Below, piece after piece: positions 62,901-64,000 of a DNA stretch of 64,000 nucleotides (the first letter of the stretch is position 1; every line of letters begins with the position of its first letter). The stretch lies in the NCBI RefSeq assembly GCF_022045235.1, contig NW_027266330.1:34224001-34288000 (forward strand), in the 5' to 3' direction. Made by a program: the position numbers and the translations under genes. The notes under the pieces are model-generated. The model worked only from the letters and a program-made list of their open reading frames with translations. It did no database searches and was not told the origin of the DNA. This DNA comes from Haliotis cracherodii (taxonomy: Eukaryota).

Positions 62901-63347
62901 TATACTTACAAGGTTGAGTAGAGTTTGTAGATGTTCGGAATGATCCAGGCAACACAACGAGGATTTCTGACCCAGGTCTATGACCTTGACCTTTGACATT
63001 AACGGCGAATTGTCCGGTTCCGGAAGGTGAAGAGAATCGCACCTCACACATATAGAGTTAGACATATCAGCATCAAACTGAACCTCGGCGTTCGTATTCA
63101 CGTTCAGTCTTATGTACATGTACCAACTCACTAAAGCAACGTTGATAGCCATTGATACCAAAAGGACAACGACACAAAAGCATGTTGATGGCCGCTGGTT
63201 CTGTTTTCTGGCGATCCCCTTCGTTGGGTTTGGACACACGACAGGCTGATATACCCCGGTGTGTGATGTGGTGAATACCTTCACTTTCTTTCTTCCAAAA
63301 CTGTCGAATCCATTCGGGAGAAGCCTCTCACAGACAGAGGAAGACAT
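59970..63347 (-). CDS. TNF superfamily ligand G6 (~310 aa, 3 exons)
   Basis: Exons 63347-62910 (TM, CVRC..CC; GTAAGT), 61556-61448 (VVGEYY...SAHLYLD; 109 nt) and 60355-59970 (THD: GVYFLYSHVT, TSFLAA, LRRHD, YFGL). Confidence 0.9.
61655..62115. repeat. ~59-bp tandem repeat (~8 units) in G6 intron 1
   Basis: Unit ATGACAATGACAAGTCACGTACGTATTTAATTAAATAAAACGAAAGTAGAATACTGAGA. Confidence 0.9.
62172..62333. mobile_element. MITE with TTAGGGACCGA termini (possibly PIF/Harbinger-like)
   Basis: Imperfect inverted ends TTAGGGACCGAC...GATCGGTCCTTA. Matching termini also occur near 12407-12444 and 19447-19470. Confidence 0.5.
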
Positions 63348-63411
63348 CGTGGGTTTCCTGCTTGTAGTGCCTCGTCAAGCGCGAGTTACTTCCCCTTGCA
63401 TTGCGTGGGTC

Positions 63412-63419
63412 TATTTATA
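63412..63419 (-). promoter_or_regulatory. TATA box of G6
   Basis: TATAAATA on the minus strand about 65 nt upstream of the ATG. Confidence 0.45.
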
Positions 63420-64000
63420 CCTACATCCTGGTTGACGGGTTTCTTAACTGTATGACTGCTTAGGATAATTTTAGACACACGCTAGCTTCCCAGAACTACA
63501 CGTCTCATGTCGCATATTGATTACGTACAAAGTAGCACAGCGTCTTGTCTGTGTTTGTTGTGTGAGCTTTACTTGACACGAATCTCGCCTGACCTCAAAG
63601 CGCGTATCGCGAGACGAACAACACAACCCGAGCTTTAAGTCACGACTTCAAAGCGGGTATTTGCAGTTCACTTCACACGGGTTGATATGTAATACTATGC
63701 ATTCGTAAATGCATACTGTGATTGTTTGCGTGACCCGTGAGTGTAATCGCCATTTAGTAGTGATTCATAAACACATGATTATAGTCAATCTTATTAGTGA
63801 GTGAGTGAGTATTGTTTTACGCCGCTTTTAGCAATATGCCAGCAATATCACGGCGAGGGTCACCAGAAATGGGCTTCACACATTGTACCCATGTCGGGAA
63901 TCGAACCCAGGTCTTCGGCGTGACGAGCGAACGCTCTAACCACTAGGCTACCCGACCGCCCCGTCAATCTATTTAGAATCGAATCCTAGTTTTCGTTTCC

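Overview
Eukaryotic, AT-rich, SINE-dense animal genomic DNA. The repeat landscape suggests a mollusc, possibly a gastropod such as abalone, but that is inference only. The main content is a head-to-tail tandem array of six apparently intact, diverged TNF-superfamily ligand genes, all on the minus strand (here G1-G6, about 273-330 aa). I reconstructed each exon by exon from GT-AG sites and reading-frame continuity. All six are type II membrane proteins with four shared features: an intramembrane S-x3-N motif; a juxtamembrane C-x2-C-x24-29-CC module ending exactly 13 codons before a phase-0 intron; an 'AH' beta-strand A exon; and a terminal TNF-homology-domain (THD) exon. Two subfamilies are visible: 3-exon genes with a cytoplasmic YxxV (G1, G2, G3, G6) and 4-exon genes with a 'FIST' motif (G4, G5). 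Several promoters carry NF-kB consensus sites. The rest of the window is four SINE families, MITEs, two Tc1/mariner relics, a LINE 3' relic, a decayed Polinton/adintovirus-type packaging-ATPase fragment, a GC-rich TSD-flanked coding insertion, large minisatellites and assembly gaps.
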